Notes under the pieces: model-generated
Seen by the model: the letters and a program-made list of their open reading frames with translations, nothing else
Databases searched by the model: none
What the model was told of the DNA's origin: nothing
Shown: piece after piece, positions 62,321 to 64,000 of the stretch
Layout of the letters: each line of letters starts with the position of its first letter
Position numbering within the stretch: the first letter of the stretch is position 1
Position numbers and translations under genes: made by a program
From: Schmidtea nova
Lineage: Eukaryota
Reading direction: 5' to 3'
Assembly: GCA_044892505.1 (NCBI GenBank)
Contig: CM097882.1
Location: 494,078,001-494,142,000, forward strand
DNA length: 64,000 nt

Positions 62321-64000
62321 ATTTAAACATAATTAACGTTCATATTAAATTTTCCAGAAGTCTTTATAACGCTTTCGAAAAGATATATATTTAAATTAAA
62401 GTATAAGTATTCCACAAATTCAATAAGAAATCCACAAAGCAGTTTATTTTTAAATTCTCCACAATCTCCAAAATTCACACTTCATCACAATTTCAAAAAC
62501 ATAAAAACTCAATCACTCATTAAAATTCCTTTATTCCAAAAGCCCACACAGGCAAAAATAATCAAAATACCCCAAATATACAATTAAAAAAATAGTTCAG
62601 CAAAACAAACTACAAAAAGTTCCAAAAAATGTTTTTAATCAATTCATAATTCGATAATTTCATCGATATTTTCGATCTCTTTAAAAAACTCAGTCATTTG
62701 GTTCTCGCGCCTGTGTGCACATCCCAACTCTCGACCACGTTAAATTATCACCACCGCGCACACAAATGCGACGCAATGCATCGACAATGGCAATCATCTG
62801 GATTTAAACTCTGAGAATCATCAGGAATGACTGTCAAATTGGCATTATTTATTATCATTATTAATTTTTGCATCAATCACATAAGATTTGTATAGATTTC
62901 AGGCTCGCCCCACAATCTCTTACAGCAATCAAGCCTATTTAACTTTTATTTAATTAATTCTAAATATTTTAATAAGNNNNNNNNNNNNNNNNNNNNNNNN
63001 NNNNNNNNNNNNNNNNNNNNNNNNNNNNNNNNNNNNNNNNNNNNNNNNNNNNNNNNNNNNNNNNNNNNNNNNNNNNNNNNNNNNNNNNNNNNNNNNNNNN
63101 NNNNNNNNNNNNNNNNNNNNNNNNNNNNNNNNNNNNNNNNNNNNNNNNNNNNNNNNNNNNNNNNNNNNNNNNNNNNNNNNNNNNNNNNNNNNNNNNNNNN
63201 NNNNATTTTAATTTAATATTTAAAAAAATAATTTATTTTTAATAGGGGGTGCTGAAAGCTAGTAGTACCAAAATAGTGACAAGTGTTGGGCCAAAACGCA
63301 ATGTGTTTTAATAAAGCGATAACCCCATAGGTAGAGAACGCGCAAGATTCCATTTTAACCTTAGCTTCCATTAAAAATCCAACAATTAAGTGGAAAACAC
63401 CAAAAGGTGAGGTGGAATCAAAATACATCAACCGGTAGAGTACGCGCTAACTGCGAATTTGTAAATATTTTCACTGAAATCGCGAGAAAAATTAAAAGCA
63501 GAATGTTTGGAAGCCAGAATAGGCAAAAAACCCATGGAGAATGCCCATAAAGAACAGAATTTTGTCATAAACCTTCAAGTGCAGAAAAATTAACACAATT
63601 CTAGAGGAAAATTGTGAATTTATCACAAAATTTCACATATAACAATAGAAAGAATTAATATGGATCGAAAATCATAAATTAAATCAAATCGAACAAATTT
63701 CGATTCAAACATAAAAATTTTTAATTAAAATAAATTATTTATAGTTTATAAAAAATTATTATACAAAAATATGGAATTAATTTTCGGAAAATCATTAGAA
63801 TTAATTTAGAAAAAATTAAGAGAAAATTCTAGAACAATTTGTTTTATTGCACTACCGGAGATAGAGAAAATTTGATGGTATATATACCGCCATCAAAATG
63901 GCAGATTTCAGATTTTGTGGAAAAAATTTTTTTTGTTTTGCTAGCTAAGAGAATTTGTGAGAAGTTTTCCGAAAATTTTTATTGCTAACCTAATTAAAGA

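Larger units (their letters stand above)
60909..63269. mobile_element. Non-autonomous Merlin-type element carrying a host-gene fragment (spans three gaps)
   Basis: TIR GGTACTACTAGCTTT...CCCCCTATTAA at both ends, GG...CC termini, perfect 8-bp TSD AAAATAGT (60901-60908 and 63270-63277). Confidence 0.75.

Overview
Very AT-rich eukaryotic (probably invertebrate) scaffold with seven N-gaps; species not identifiable from sequence. It is almost entirely nested, mostly decayed mobile DNA. Known-type elements: a full-length short-LTR Ty3/Gypsy (51773-55706), an apparently intact Merlin/ISXO2 (47691-49247), bounded hAT (15083-17985) and Tigger/pogo (19319-21296) elements, and MULE, pogo, hAT and probable Chapaev3 remnants. 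Host-gene material is limited to two intronless, damaged copies: RTEL1, and a PSMA6 fragment. Three things stand out. (1) An unrecognised family of about 3.1-3.3 kb elements with TGTTGG...CCA(A/G)CA ends and 4-bp TSDs: three full copies, one probable MULE-split copy and one 655-bp derivative. They encode no transposase, integrase or RT, but share two novel ORFs, a CCAAT-TATA-TCAGT promoter and a covarying 3' RNA structure. They are either giant protein-coding solo LTRs or a new non-autonomous element class. (2) Polinton/Maverick-like remnants in which a packaging ATPase sits head-to-head with a TBP-fold gene; two of these remnants are interrupted by family (1). (3) A Merlin-type element (GG...CC TIRs, perfect 8-bp TSD) that carries a chimeric PSMA6 ORF. 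All alignments were made by eye; no database searches were run.
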